DNA of 64,000 bases from a virus (Duplodnaviria > Heunggongvirae > Uroviricota > Caudoviricetes). Positions 48,983-62,400 of this stretch are shown in pieces. The notes beneath the pieces were generated by a model, which saw only the letters and a program-made list of their open reading frames with translations, was not told the origin of the DNA and searched no databases. The first letter of the stretch is position 1; each line of letters begins with the position of its first letter. The DNA lies in IMG/VR virus record IMGVR_UViG_3300035394_000193. One strand, written 5' to 3'. A program made the position numbers and the translations under genes.

Positions 48983-49951
48983 ATGGACGAATTAGAAGAC
49001 ATTTTCGATAATGAAGTAGTATTGGAGACTCCTGTATTTGAGGATACAAGACCTCTTGATCAAACTGAATCACCAGATTCTTTTTTTGATGAACCTAGTA
49101 ATGACAATAAAAAAGAATTATCTCTTTTAGATACTTTTTTAGAAGCTAAAGGTATTAAAGATGCAAAAATAACAATACTAGATGAAAACGAAGAAGCAAA
49201 AGAACTTAATTTTTATGATTTAAGTAGAGAAGAACAATTAGAAATATTAAATTCAGTGGAAACTCCAGAGTCAAATGATTTGGAAGATACCGAAATTGAT
49301 TTAATAAATCATTTGAGAACAAATAACTTAAGTGTTGAAGATTTTTTAACTCAATATAAAGAGGCAATTTTAGCTGAAGTTCAGCAACAAGTAGAACCAT
49401 CTTATGATATTGACGCATACGGAGATGAAGAATTGTATATTTTAGATTTAAAACAAAAATATGATTTGACAGATGAGGAACTACAGAAAGAATTAGAAAA
49501 AGAACTAGAAAACCAGGAATTGTTTAATAAGAAAGTAACAAAATTACGTTCTGAATATAAACAATTAGAAGATCAATACAAAGCCAGTCAACAAGCTGAA
49601 TTTGAAAATAAACGCCAAGAAGAATATACAAATTTTGTAAATACTATGAGTGGCGTTGCAGAAAAAATTGAAGATTTTCATGGGGTATTTTTAGATGGTA
49701 ATGAAAAAACAGAAACATTATCTTACTTATTAGATTTAGATGCTACTGGAGTTAGCCAATTTTCGAAAGATTTGAATAATCCTCAAAAACTTTATGAAGC
49801 CGCTTGGTACTTACGTTATGGAGCAGAAGCTTTTAAAGCTTTGGAAAACGCCTATGAGGCAGAGATAGCGAAATTAAAAAAAATAGATAAGCCACGTGTA
49901 GTTGTGCAAAACTCCAAACCTAAATCAAATAGTATTTACGACTTACAATAG
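48983..49951 (+). CDS. acidic coiled-coil protein (scaffold-like)
   Basis: 322 aa, very D/E-rich with heptad-like segments; lies immediately upstream of the capsid-module gene. Confidence 0.4.
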   Translation: MDELEDIFDNEVVLETPVFEDTRPLDQTESPDSFFDEPSNDNKKELSLLDTFLEAKGIKDAKITILDENEEAKELNFYDLSREEQLEILNSVETPESNDLEDTEIDLINHLRTNNLSVEDFLTQYKEAILAEVQQQVEPSYDIDAYGDEELYILDLKQKYDLTDEELQKELEKELENQELFNKKVTKLRSEYKQLEDQYKASQQAEFENKRQEEYTNFVNTMSGVAEKIEDFHGVFLDGNEKTETLSYLLDLDATGVSQFSKDLNNPQKLYEAAWYLRYGAEAFKALENAYEAEIAKLKKIDKPRVVVQNSKPKSNSIYDLQ

Positions 49952-49969
49952 TCAAATAAACAACTAACA

Positions 49970-51400
49970 ATGATAGTAGCAAGTTACGTCAACGTAAAGC
50001 CAGAAATGGCACACAGTAGAACATATGAAGATTTCTATAAATTTTTGGGAACAAGACCAAAAATGATGGGAGTTATGGCAAGAATGAACACTCAGAACAC
50101 TGCCACCTTCTTAACAGAAGCTTTAATGAACATCTATTACAATTCTAAAACAGCCAACAAATTTCAACCTATCAATTCTTTAATGATTGAATGAGAAATT
50201 GACGTTGAGTTCGTTAAAAAAGTAGAATTTGCCGCAGCACCAGTAGGAACTGGAGCAATCGGTTCAGATATTATTGTATATTTCAAAGAAAGATATTATG
50301 AAAAATACGATACAATTAAAATTGATGCTTCGCGTCAGCAATTAATTGTAAAAACAACACCACAAAGAAAAGCAGATAATTTTTGGGAATATACAGTTCA
50401 ATTAATTGATGCTGATTATTCTTCAGTATTAGATTCTTCAGCATGTCAGTTAGGAATGACAACTCGTTTCTTAGCTAACATTATGCCAGAATACCACGAA
50501 GAAGGATTCACCAAATATCAATCAAACATTGAGAAACATCGTCAATGGATTACTGAACACAGAAATGACATCAGCTATTCTGCACGTTATGCTCAAATGG
50601 AAGATCAATTCATTAAAATCGCACAAGGCGAAGGCACTGGTGAATTAAAAGAAAAAATCTTCAAATTAAACAAAATGGAAAAAGATCTTTTAGATGCTTT
50701 CCAAACTGTTAAAAACAATGCTCTTCTATGGCAAAAAACCACTATGGATGTTAACGGAAAATCAACTGTTCTTACAGAAGATGGTCGTCCATTAGTAGCT
50801 GGTGATGGTCTTATCCCACAAATTGAAAGATTTGCTTCTAAATTTAAATATGCTAAATTAAATGTTAACTTGATTAACACTGTAATGGAGCAAATGAATC
50901 AAAAAGCAATCAATGCAACTGGTAATCATTACACATTTGTTGTTAATGATAGACTATGGAGCCAAATTAATACCACTCTTGGTGACTGGTTAAAATTATG
51001 GGGTTCAACTCCAACAATGCTTTATTCAAAAGCTTCACAAAGTTTAGTTAAAGCTGACAATCCAATGAAAGTTGGTGGAACTTTTGTTAGTTATGAAATT
51101 TCTGGTAACACAGTATCTTTCATGGTAGACCGTGCTTTATCAAAAGAGTATGGAAACAAAGGTTATGGTATTTGTTTAGACATGACTCCTGATATGTCAA
51201 CTAATCAGCCTGCTATTGCTGCATTCACACTTCAAGGTGCTGAATTCGTAACTAGCAAATATCCTGGTGTTGGTGGTGTAGATGGTGTTACTAGCGGTAT
51301 CGTTAGCTCACCTGTAGCTGGATCAAAATTAATCGTTGCAGGTTACAGTGGAATCGCTGCATTTGCTCCGTATAAATCATTTATCGTTGAAGAGATATAA
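49970..51400 (+). CDS. major capsid protein candidate, recoded (TGA at 50192)
   Basis: 476 aa from ORF fragments 49970 and 50456 in the same frame; codon usage of a highly expressed gene; follows the scaffold-like gene and is followed by a strong terminator; no named motif. Confidence 0.5.
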
Positions 51401-51421
51401 TCTCAACAACGTCTCAAAGAT

Positions 51422-51452
51422 AAGGAAGATGAAATACTCTTCCTTTTCTTTT
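51422..51452 (+). terminator. rho-independent terminator
   Basis: AAGGAAGA-tgaaatac-TCTTCCTT followed by TTCTTTT. Confidence 0.6.
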
Positions 51453-51496
51453 AGATATTTTACTAAAGAGATAATATAACAAAAATATAAAAAATA

Positions 51497-52390
51497 ATGA
51501 ATATGAGTAATGAAATAATTCTTAGAAGTGTATATGGAAAAGTAAATCAAATCTATTTTATCCAACCTTGTCCAAATCCAAAAACAGGAAAATTGCCATC
51601 ATGTGTTAAAACAGTTGATTCACATGACGATATGATACTTTCAGAAGATGAAATAAAAAGAATGAATACTGGAGTGGTACATTTTGTACCTGCTAACAAA
51701 GTATTTGAAATTGTAGATGGTACAACATTTGATTTAAATGATGTTGTAGATAAAGCTAATTGAGAAGCTATTGAACATTGTAATTGGATAGCCAAAGATC
51801 GTTATCAACGCAATGAACAAGGAGAACTTATTATAGATGGTGGAGCAAAACGTTATGGTGTTGCCGATCTTTATGTAGAACGTCCTGGAGAGGTCACCAA
51901 AGCAAGAGTTGATAAGAAACAATATGTTTATCGTGCTTTATCATATATCTATGAAGATTCTGAATCTGAAAGAATTAAAAAATGTAGAGTATTAGGTCGA
52001 AACCTAAATACAGCTATTCCTGCTGACATTCTTGATTACCTAGTCGAGATTGCAGAAAAAACCCCAAAGAAAATTATTGACCTATACGAAGGAGAAGATT
52101 GGAAAATGCATTTATTCATATTAGACGCTGTTGATAGAGGAGTAATCCGTAAATCAGAAGGTATCTATAAATATGATGATAAAATGCTTGGAGGTTCGAT
52201 TGAAGCTACCATTACATTTTTACGAGATATTCGTTTTAAAAAATTAGTTGACTCTATAAAAAGAGAAACATATCCTAATTTATTAACAAAAACTGAAATT
52301 GCTGAAATAGAAGCAGATATTACAACAGGTATTCCTCATTACGATGAACCCACTGTAGTTGAACCTAAAACTAAAGCAACTAAAAAATAA
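51497..52390 (+). CDS. hypothetical structural protein, recoded (TGA at 51761)
   Basis: 297 aa from ORF fragments 51497 and 52106 in the same frame. Confidence 0.5.
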
Positions 52391-52396
52391 TAACAC

Positions 52397-53527
52397 ATGA
52401 CATCAAGACAGTTGTATGAATACTTATTAATAGAATTAAATAAGGTTAAGGCTCCTAGTCTACTTTTAGAAGATTTTATTTATTTTGGAAACAAAACAGT
52501 TGGACAATATTTTAATAAATTATATAATTTATATGATACTAACCAACAAAAATCAGATGATCTTAGGGTTCTAAAATCGACAGCTGTCTTAACGCCAATA
52601 TTAACTACTGATTTTGGAACTTCTAATCTATATGGAAATGTATATGAAGTAAATTTACCAGACGATTATGTACATATACGCAATTGTATTGTAGAATATA
52701 CACTTAAAGCAAAATATAAATGTTATAATGTAGGAAGTAAGTTAAATTATGGAACAAAAAGGTTAACAGCTGATATGTTTCCCCATTTAATTACAAATTA
52801 TTATATGAGACCCTCATATAAAAATCCATATTTCTATATTAATAATGTAAATACTGATAATTCCTATCCGATTACTGAAGAATGAACTTCTGTAATTCCT
52901 GAATATCCAACATTTTCAATCTTATTTGGAACTCCGGGCAGCTCAACTTTAATTGTTATTAAAAATGGAATAACAACTACTTTTACTTATGCTGCGGTTC
53001 CATCAATTTGATCGGAATTTAAGGATTTAACAACACTTAGAGCAGGATTAACTCATTTAGGTATTTCTACTGAAATTATAACAAATGATGAAACTAGTTA
53101 TAGTTATTTAGCTACAACTAATGCTTATGTAGAAGGAGTAAGTTCAATTACAGAAACAGGAAGTTTCGTAACTGTAACCTCTACTTCAACACAAGATATG
53201 TCTACTTTAATAACTAAAGTACCCAAATATAGATATGGAAATATTACTAAACCTCGAATGGAAATAAGATATGGGACAGATGATAGATATTTTACTTTAT
53301 CAAAAGTATATATAGATTATTTTAAGGCGCCACAATATATTATTTTAACTCAAGAAGAATTAGATTCAGTAGAAGATATATCACAATTATTAGAATTTCC
53401 TGATTATATTTGTCAAGAAATAGTTAATGAATTAGTAAAATACTTAATGGAAAACGGAAGTGACCCAAGATTACAAACAAATATTCCAGTTAATCAGTCC
53501 ATTGGATTGCAACAACAAACTAGATAA
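52397..53527 (+). CDS. hypothetical structural protein, recoded (TGA at 52883 and 53009)
   Basis: 376 aa from ORF fragments 52397 and 53198 in the same frame. Confidence 0.5.
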
Positions 53528-53557
53528 CCCTTTATAAAAAAATAAATTTATTATAAC

Positions 53558-54727
53558 ATGTATCAATTCACGACAACAAATGTTATTAATTCGGCGTATG
53601 TCCTAGATTACGATGGAAATCAAATGTTAGATAGTGCAGGTTCAGCAATTGCAAAATATGTAGGATCTACAGCCGGTTTAGATGTAAGAAAAGTTGGAAA
53701 TTTCAAAAAAGCCAACATTGTAAGTATTTACAAACGTCCATATGCTGCTGGCGTTAAAGAAGTAGCACAAGTTACCATTCCACAAATTGCAGCTGGATTA
53801 GTAGCAAGATTAGATATCGTATTGAAACTTTCTCAATCAACCCAATCAGAATATACTAACTATACGTTAGATTTTTTGAAACCAATTTCAGTAGAAGTTA
53901 TTGCAACTAATACTGCAGCAACTGATGCAACTGCTTTAGTTGCTCAATTAAATTCTCTGAAAAATAGATTTGGACAAAGTTATATAACTGCCGCAGCTAG
54001 TGGAGCAGACGTTGTTATTACTTGTAAAGATAATTTCCAAAGAGTTCAATCAATGGTTATCTCTAAAGAAGTTGCTTCACCTAACAGTCTTATTCAACCT
54101 GAATATGAAAATGTATCTTCAACTACTTTCAGTGTAACAACTGCTGGTAAAGTTGGATTCGGAGACGATGCTTGGATGCAAAGAAGTGTTATGCTTCAAA
54201 CTCTTGATAACGCTAGACCATTTGGTATTTCTAAAGAAGAAAGACCTATTCTTGGTGGAAATTATTCAGAGTATGTCCTTCGTTACAATGTAACTAAAGA
54301 TGGAACTGATGGTATTGTTTCAGGTGGAACATCTGTTACTACTCATGTATTCTATGTTAAATCTGACTTAGTTTCAGGATTTGAAGCTGCTATAACAGCT
54401 GCAAGTATTGCAGTTGACACAGTTGCTTTAGTAGCAACCAATGTAACTATTGCAACTGCTTCAGTAACTACAGCAGCTGGCGCAAATGGAGTACAATTAG
54501 TAGCTACGACTACTCCGAGTGGTCTAACGAATGTGGTTTATGCACTACGTTCTGCAGGTAATGTTGATGCAAGTGGAAGTGGAGCTGATTTTACAAAAGT
54601 AACAATTACACCTGGTGGAATATTAACTTTTGCCTCTGGTCACGGTATTGTAGCAACTGATACAATTGGTTTAACAGTAAGTGTTGACGGATTAGTAAAA
54701 GATACTACTGTTGTAATGACAGCTTAA
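53558..54727 (+). CDS. abundant structural protein candidate (Ala/Thr/Val-rich, no TGA)
   Basis: 389 aa; high-expression codon usage; followed by a strong terminator. Confidence 0.5.
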   Translation: MYQFTTTNVINSAYVLDYDGNQMLDSAGSAIAKYVGSTAGLDVRKVGNFKKANIVSIYKRPYAAGVKEVAQVTIPQIAAGLVARLDIVLKLSQSTQSEYTNYTLDFLKPISVEVIATNTAATDATALVAQLNSLKNRFGQSYITAAASGADVVITCKDNFQRVQSMVISKEVASPNSLIQPEYENVSSTTFSVTTAGKVGFGDDAWMQRSVMLQTLDNARPFGISKEERPILGGNYSEYVLRYNVTKDGTDGIVSGGTSVTTHVFYVKSDLVSGFEAAITAASIAVDTVALVATNVTIATASVTTAAGANGVQLVATTTPSGLTNVVYALRSAGNVDASGSGADFTKVTITPGGILTFASGHGIVATDTIGLTVSVDGLVKDTTVVMTA

Positions 54728-54747
54728 TTTAAATTAATCAAAACCTA

Positions 54748-54786
54748 AAGGGGGCGGCATTCACTGCCTTCCCCTTTTTTATTTTA
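54748..54786 (+). terminator. rho-independent terminator
   Basis: AAAGGGGGCGGCA-ttcac-TGCCTTCCCCTTTTTTATTTT. Confidence 0.7.
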
Positions 54787-54791
54787 CCTAT

Positions 54792-55460
54792 ATGATAGAA
54801 AAATTAGCCTCAGCAATATATAATGATATAGTTAGCGGATTAGTTGGATTTACAAGTACTCCCACTATATCAATAGAGCAACTTATAGATGATGTCCTGG
54901 ATGAAAGACTTCAGATTATAAAAGAATACTCTATGAAGAATTTAGTACCTAGAAATGATTTATTAATGGGAATACATTGTATTGATGTTGATTGTAAATC
55001 ATTAGATAAATGTCCTTGTAGTGGTATAATTTATTCTCCTCCAATAGCTCATTTTGAACTTCCTCAAATTGTAAATGATTTAGCTCAAGAATCTGTAGAA
55101 TTTTGTGGAAGTATTGATCGAAATGTGCAATTTAAAGTATATACAAATACAGCATGACAGTATCATAAATATTTAAGAAGAGGGAGTGAGAAACCATTTG
55201 TTTATATTGAGCCTACTCCGAATGAAAATAATATGTATGATGCATGAATTTATAATGCACCATTACTTAAAAAAATATCCGTAATTGCTATTTTTAAAGA
55301 TCCAAGACAATTATTACAATATGATTGTTGTGCTGGAGATGAAATAGATAATTATTCATTTTTATCTGCTGAAATCAAGAAAAGACTTACAGAGAAGAAA
55401 ATTAGATATTACAGACAACTTTTACAACCACCTCAACCTAATACTCAAGCTCCACGATAA
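54792..55460 (+). CDS. hypothetical protein, recoded (TGA at 55155 and 55245)
   Basis: ORF 54792-55157 continues in frame (checked codon by codon) to TAA 55458-55460; 222 aa. Confidence 0.5.
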
Positions 55461-56164
55461 TGGCACAATACTCTTTTCACACTGCATACACACAAGCCCG
55501 TGAATTATATGGCTTGGAGCTTAATCCTGATGAATTTGAAACATTAGGAGTAATAGCATGAGATAAAATTGGAAACAAACAATATAAATTATATAAATAT
55601 CAAGTAGAACCTACCCAAAATGATTTAAATGAATGGTATGTTGACCTTCCTTGTAATGTAGATATTATTGAGGCAGTTACTGCAGATTATGAAGATTATC
55701 AAAAAACTTCTAATCAACATTTAGCCGGACATACACAAAATGGATGGATTGAAGGTTATATTGAATCAAGAAAATATAATACAGGAACATTGTATTCAGG
55801 TGGTAAATTTATTAAATATAGACAAGAAGGAAATCAATTAAAACTTTCAGACAAATTTAATAAAGTTAATATACTATATAAAGGTTTTGTTGCTGATGAA
55901 GATGGATTACCTTACTTATCTGCAAAAGAAGTAGATGCAATAGCAGCTTTCTGTGCATATGTAAGTGATTTTAAAGCAGCTAGATTAACTAGAGATGCTA
56001 ATACATTTCAAATGTCTCAAGTTATGGAACAAAAATGAAAAAGTTTATGTACACAAGCAAGAGTTCCTGAATATATTAATCAAAATGAAATGGATGAAAT
56101 CTTAAATGTATCTGTATCTTGAGATAGAAAAAGATTTGGTAAATCATTTAAACCAATTCGCTAA
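55460..56164 (+). CDS. hypothetical protein, recoded
   Basis: ATG 55460 overlaps the previous stop; in frame with ORF 55790-56038; TAA 56162-56164; 234 aa. Confidence 0.5.
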
Positions 56165-56176
56165 GAAACATTATAC

Positions 56177-57208
56177 ATGAGAATGTTATTTAATCATGGA
56201 CTAACGACTGAGGAGTTGTTTACGAACACTCCTAAGTCGGTAGTTGATAGAAAATGAAGATGATTTATTACTAGGTATGGAAGTACTAACAGTTATGAAG
56301 ATGCAATTTCCGATCCTTTTAAATATGCAATAGGATTAATATTACATTATGTTCTTGACAATAGAACTCGATTTGTAATTCCTTGTGTTTCAGAATCTTA
56401 CATTGATTTTGAAATTGTTACAGGAGATATGTTTGAGGAACAAAGACAGAATGGACGATTCGGAGAGATTGATTTTATAGAATCAGATTTTACAGGATAT
56501 GCACTAAGATATTATTTTAAGACTAAGGCATATCAAAAGGCTTATCCAATCTATATGGGCGGTGAATTAAAGCAAAAATTTTTAACAGGGATTAATTCTG
56601 GAGTCAAATATTACAGTATTAAAGATGTAACAATTAATGATTTTTTGCCAAAAATTCATGAAAAATTTTCAGAATTATCCAAGATTGAAGTCAAAAAATT
56701 AGTGCTACACGGATTTAGACGCATGCACAGCGCAATAAAATATGGATGTGCAATATCTATCCAAACGAAAAAAAAAATTAACTGCGTGGCTCATATTGGA
56801 GCAATATATTTAAAACCTGATAAGCAGATTAAAGAGTATAGTATTCGTCGTGATAAAAAATTACGAAAGATAGAAGGATGAAAACGACCACCATTTGATG
56901 GTTATTATTATATCGGATTAAATGATGTTGCATTTGAAAGATGGGCAGAAGCTAATAAAAAAGCAAGAACTATTTTACATTTTACCAACATAATACCAAG
57001 AAGAATTAAAGAAGAAATATATTATAAAGCAAAGCATTTATATGTATTTAGATTTAAAAGAAAAGATTTTAAAGGATGATCTTATTGAGCTGAGCAGCTT
57101 AAATTAAGAGATGTAGAATATATTGGAGAGGCTTTAGACAGACAATTTACTGCTTCTACTATCACATGAAAACAATTAATAAAAGAATATGAGACAAGAA
57201 GCAGTTAA
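56177..57208 (+). CDS. hypothetical protein, recoded
   Basis: ATG 56177 is in frame with ORF 56429-56881; stop TAA 57206-57208; about 343 aa with several TGA. Confidence 0.5.
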
Positions 57209-59432
57209 TACTTTTGAAGGTGGGGTTAATTACGACCTTAATCCTTTAACAACTCCGGCTAATATACTTACAGATGCTATAAATAGTGGATTTATCACTT
57301 TTAATGGAGATGAACTAGCTTTACAAACAGATGCAGGTAATACTACAATAAAATATTTAGAAACTGATGTACATTTAACACAAGGATTTTATCCTTTAGG
57401 AATTAAAGAATATGGCGGAGTATTGTATATTATATCAGGAAAACACCCTACTAATACAACCTCTTTATATGATACAGAAGTACCTTATGCAGTAGGAGAT
57501 ATTGTTTATAATACAATTTTAGATGTTGATTATTATTTTGAATGTTTAACTGCAGGAGGAAATAATCTTCCAACTTCTACAATAAGTGATGAAAATTGGT
57601 TATATATAGGAATTGAAAAAGATTTTATTAATAAATATGGAAGTGTAGAATTTGGAAGTTATCCAAGTCCTGAAATAATTAATGCTGATATATTTGATAC
57701 CTCAGTAGATTTTGATTTAGTAAACGAAATTGCTACTCCTGGAGAAGAATTTAAATTAGAATTATACAAACCTAAAATAATAAATAGATCTATATTTAGA
57801 GCCGGTGTTTATGTTAATTTTCATAAAGTTATAGGAAGTACATTAGTTACTGATAATATTTCTTATGATGCGTTTACATACGATGTCACAAATAAAGTAG
57901 CTACTAAGAATCCAGCAAGTTATAAAAATATTTATAAAGTTAAATTATATCATCAATTAACAAATGGATATATAGATTTAACAGACAATGTTTGGGAACA
58001 ATATGCTAAATATGTTGGTCAAAATGATGCAGAAGATTTAAACATGACTGGACCTCCACGATTTTGATTTAATGATAATAATTTTAATTACCATTGTCCT
58101 CATAATTTTAAAGGTAAATTAGTTACGTCTGTTGAATTAGAAGAATTAGATGTATTTAAATTATCTTCAATAAGAGTTGATTATACCGATCCTAATTATG
58201 AAGTTAATTTTGGTTTAACATATACAGAAACTGCACAATGAAATCAAGGAATTTCTCCGAATACTTGTACAATTTATTATACTTCTGACGGCAGTGAACC
58301 TAATACACAAGAAGTTGTTTTAACTACAACAGTATTAACTAATCAAGATGTAACATCATTTATAATAAGTTTTGATGATACTATTCCTGGAACTTACAAT
58401 GGAAAAACTATGAGATATAAAATTATTCCTGATTTTTATTTTGATGGAGTAGAAATTGATAAAGTTGATATTCCACAACAATTTCTTGATTTACATACAA
58501 TTGTAGGAAGTCAATTAATTACAAGTGAAATGGCAGGAGTTAAATTTATTACTCAACCTGCTACTAATTTATGTGAAGTAGGAAATACAGGATATAGAAT
58601 TGCTGATTATCTTGATTTAGTTAATAACAATGATGAAAATCTTGATAGTAATTTAGATCCTGCAGGAACTGACGTTTATCAATTTTATAATGATAATATT
58701 ACTCCTAATGTAGGAGGAAATTATTTAGGAAGTTATACAATAGGATTAACTGGTTTGGCTGAATTAGCCTCTGAAGGTCCAATAATGTTAAACTCTAATA
58801 TTCGAGATTATGTTATTAGCTTATTAGAAGCAACTCTTGTTAAAGTTTATGATGTTACTTGTACAACTGTAATTTTAACTGTAAATGTTAATGCTACTTA
58901 TGGAGCAACAATACCAATTACTGTAATGCAAGGAGCTACTTCAATAGTAGGAACTGCAACAGGACCTACTACCTTTACATTCCCTATACTTCCAGGAGTA
59001 AATTACACTATTAGTCCTAGTTCGTCTATGAATGGAATAATTGATGCTTATGATTATATAGGTAATACTTTAGTTGATGAAGAAATTACTTATGGATTTG
59101 TAATTGATTTACATATGATTGGAAATCCTATAGTACCTGGTGGTACAGATTATGAAGATTTCTTTACTGTAAATGTTCCAATAGGTTCTTTAAATATTAG
59201 TTTTACTAATTTTACAAATGAACAAACTAATGTAACATTTTCCCCAACTACAGAAAATGTTAATATAGTTGGAGGAGAAAGTGATGTTGTATTTAGTTAT
59301 GATTCAACTTTAGGAGATCCAACTTATTTAGTAACGTTTTCATCTGCTGCAGTTCAAACAACTTATATTAATATAGCAGATTCTGTAGTACTTATAGGTG
59401 ATGCAATACTCTTAGAAACTTATACACTTTAA
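57189..59432 (+). CDS. large structural protein, recoded (TGA at 58065 and 58239)
   Basis: 747 aa from ORF fragments 57189 and 58410 in the same frame; Thr/Asn/Val-rich beta-type composition. Confidence 0.5.
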
Positions 59433-59443
59433 TAATTATACTG

Positions 59444-62400
59444 ATGCCTTTACCCTTAATAACAATACATTTGGATAATGCAATGTACGGATTCCCTCTT
59501 GAAGGGAATCTCGTATATCAGTATAATCCATTCCAAAACTTACAAAATCCTAATCCAAGTGAAGATAATTCATCAGGATTAGTTGCATTAAGTATAAATA
59601 GTCAAAAAGCAGGAATTAATATTACTGAACCAGTTACAATAGAAACTGAAGTATCTTATGATGATTCTATAAATTTGATTATAACAGATCAAGTAAATCC
59701 TCCTAAAATAGTTAATTCAAGATTTTACCAAACTAATACTATGACTTATTCAGTTGCAGATAGAAAAGGTAATCTTGATACTAATATTTATTCAGAAGAG
59801 AATTTTAAAATAGAAGCTGGATTAGTAAAATCAATTAGAACTATTTCTACAATAGACTTCTTAGGAATAAAAGATGGAGGTCTTATGAAAATAGGAAACT
59901 ATACATTCTATTTTAGATTAGCAGATTCTGATGGAAATGAATCAGATTTTATTGCTGAATCAGGAAAAGTAGTTTGTCATATAGGTTCAATTAATACTCC
60001 AAGAGCTATTCGTGGTGGACAACAAGATGAAATTAGTTATAAACTTATTAAATTTAAAATTAATAATTTAGACTTAGCTTATGATTATGTAAATGTTTAT
60101 TATACAAGATCAACAGGTGATGGAGATCAAGAAATAGTAAAAGCTTATAAAATCAATGATAAGTTTAAAATAACTAATAGAGATATTGATTTAACTATTA
60201 CAGGATACGAAAACCACGAAGAAATATCAATAGATGATATTAATGTTCAATATGCTAATTTTGATTCAGTTAAAACTTTACCTAATTGTCAAAATATTAC
60301 TTTTGCAGGTAATGTTACAAATGATTATGAACTATTTAAAACTCTTGAAAAATATAGTTTACATATTACTCCAAAAGTAGTATACGATACAGAAGGAATT
60401 GGCAATCTTGATAACTTATATAATGAAGCTTATTTAAATAATGGATATGAATATTTTAATGCTAAAAATATTTATTATAAATTAGGATATTGAGATGAAG
60501 AAATATATAGAGTTGGAGTAGTTTATATTCTTAATAATTATACTTTATCTCCTGTATTTAATATTAGAGGTATTAAATCTCTTGATACTGCTACTATGTT
60601 TACTTCATTTGCATTAAATGCTCCAATTAATTATGGAGAAGATTATATCTTTGAAACAACTGATGATCCATTAAATCCGGAAAATGCTAAAGGAGTATTC
60701 AAGATTGATTGTAACACATATAATATGTTCAATCGAACAGATACTATAAAACCTTTAGGATTACAATTCTTATTTAATGATAATGTAATTCCTGGAGATG
60801 GAAAGTTTATAGATGGATTACAAGATTTAACTAAAGGATTTTTCTTTGTTAGACAGAAACGTATTCCTACAATATTAGCTCAAGGAGTTGGTATAGGAAC
60901 AAGTAAGAAAGCTAACATCCCTTTACTTAAAGGTACTAAATCTAGTAAGTCTTTAAGTTATAATTATTTTGCAGAATCATTTATAAAACCAAGTGGAGCA
61001 AGTCAAATATTAGGTGGCGATTTATTTAAAGTAGAAAATGCAGATGTATGGCAAAATGCTTTACTATGTCCTGAGGCCTGTGTTAAAACTACAACTTTTA
61101 ATACATTCTTTAATTCTTCTGAATATTTCCTAAAACAATTTAAATATAGACCTACATCTGATGTTTTTAATAACTATGAATCGGATAGAGATAGTTTTGC
61201 ACTTAAAAATTTACAGTCAAATGTAACTAATTTACAATCATTTAATTCGGAATTAACTTTAGTTGAACCAGGAATTGAATTAATTAGAAATAATACCTAT
61301 GATTTCTGTTCTAAAGCAGGTGATGCAATCATTGCTTATAAGCATGTTGATCCAAATCTTGGTAATTATGAAGATTTAACTACTTCAAGTACAACTGATT
61401 GAAATGGAACTACTTCTAAAGTAAGAGGTGAATTTAATACCTTTATAGGATGTAGTACTAACAATATTACTGCAGGATTATATTATAATATATTTCAAAA
61501 AGATTATAATTTTGAAAATTATTGAAAAGAATATTTCTTATTAAGATATAATGATGCAAGTCCTTTCTTACCTATAAGTGATAGAACAAGCTGAACTGAT
61601 ATAAATATTGATGGAACAGAATATTCTTCGGATTACATATTCAGAGGAGACTGTTATATAAATACTTATACACATAGAATGCATTGGAATTTCATAGATA
61701 CTGAACTTCCTACTAATAAAAGAATTGTTGACCCTTATACATGGGCAAAACATTTCAAAATTAAAAGTAAAGCATCGGTTCAAGTAATTGATAATAATGG
61801 AAATCCACAAGAGTTAGCTACTGCAGTTGCCTTAACTTACCATAAACTTCTACTTTTATTTACATATAAAAATGTATTTGAGCCTGAGTGAAAAGACGAT
61901 CTTGGTACTGGAACAGATACAGCTTCATATACAGGTATATTAGAATCCGATCAAAAGAAGTTTAAAAAATATTCAGAAAGAAATGGATTATTTGGAGCTG
62001 AAAAAATTAACAAACCTGATATAAATGCAGTAGGTTTAGGACATTGGGCAACATTTAAAATTTGCAGTAATGTAAATTTAGCAATGAGAGATTTAGATTT
62101 CTCACGACCAATGGAAGAAGCTCTACATAGACAAAAAAGAGGATTCTATCCTTTACAATCTATGGATAAAAACAATCACTTACCTGAATCAAATGTAATT
62201 AACAATGGAATAAGTAAAACATTAGGAGATAAATACTATTTTGAAATTCCTGATGTACCATTCATTAAAACAAATTTTGCCACACGTATTTTCTATTCTA
62301 ATGTATTACAAAACTCTATATTTACTAATGGAAATAGAGTGTTTGAATCTAAAAATTATTTAGATTATACAAGAGAATATGGAAGTTTAGTAAAATTAGT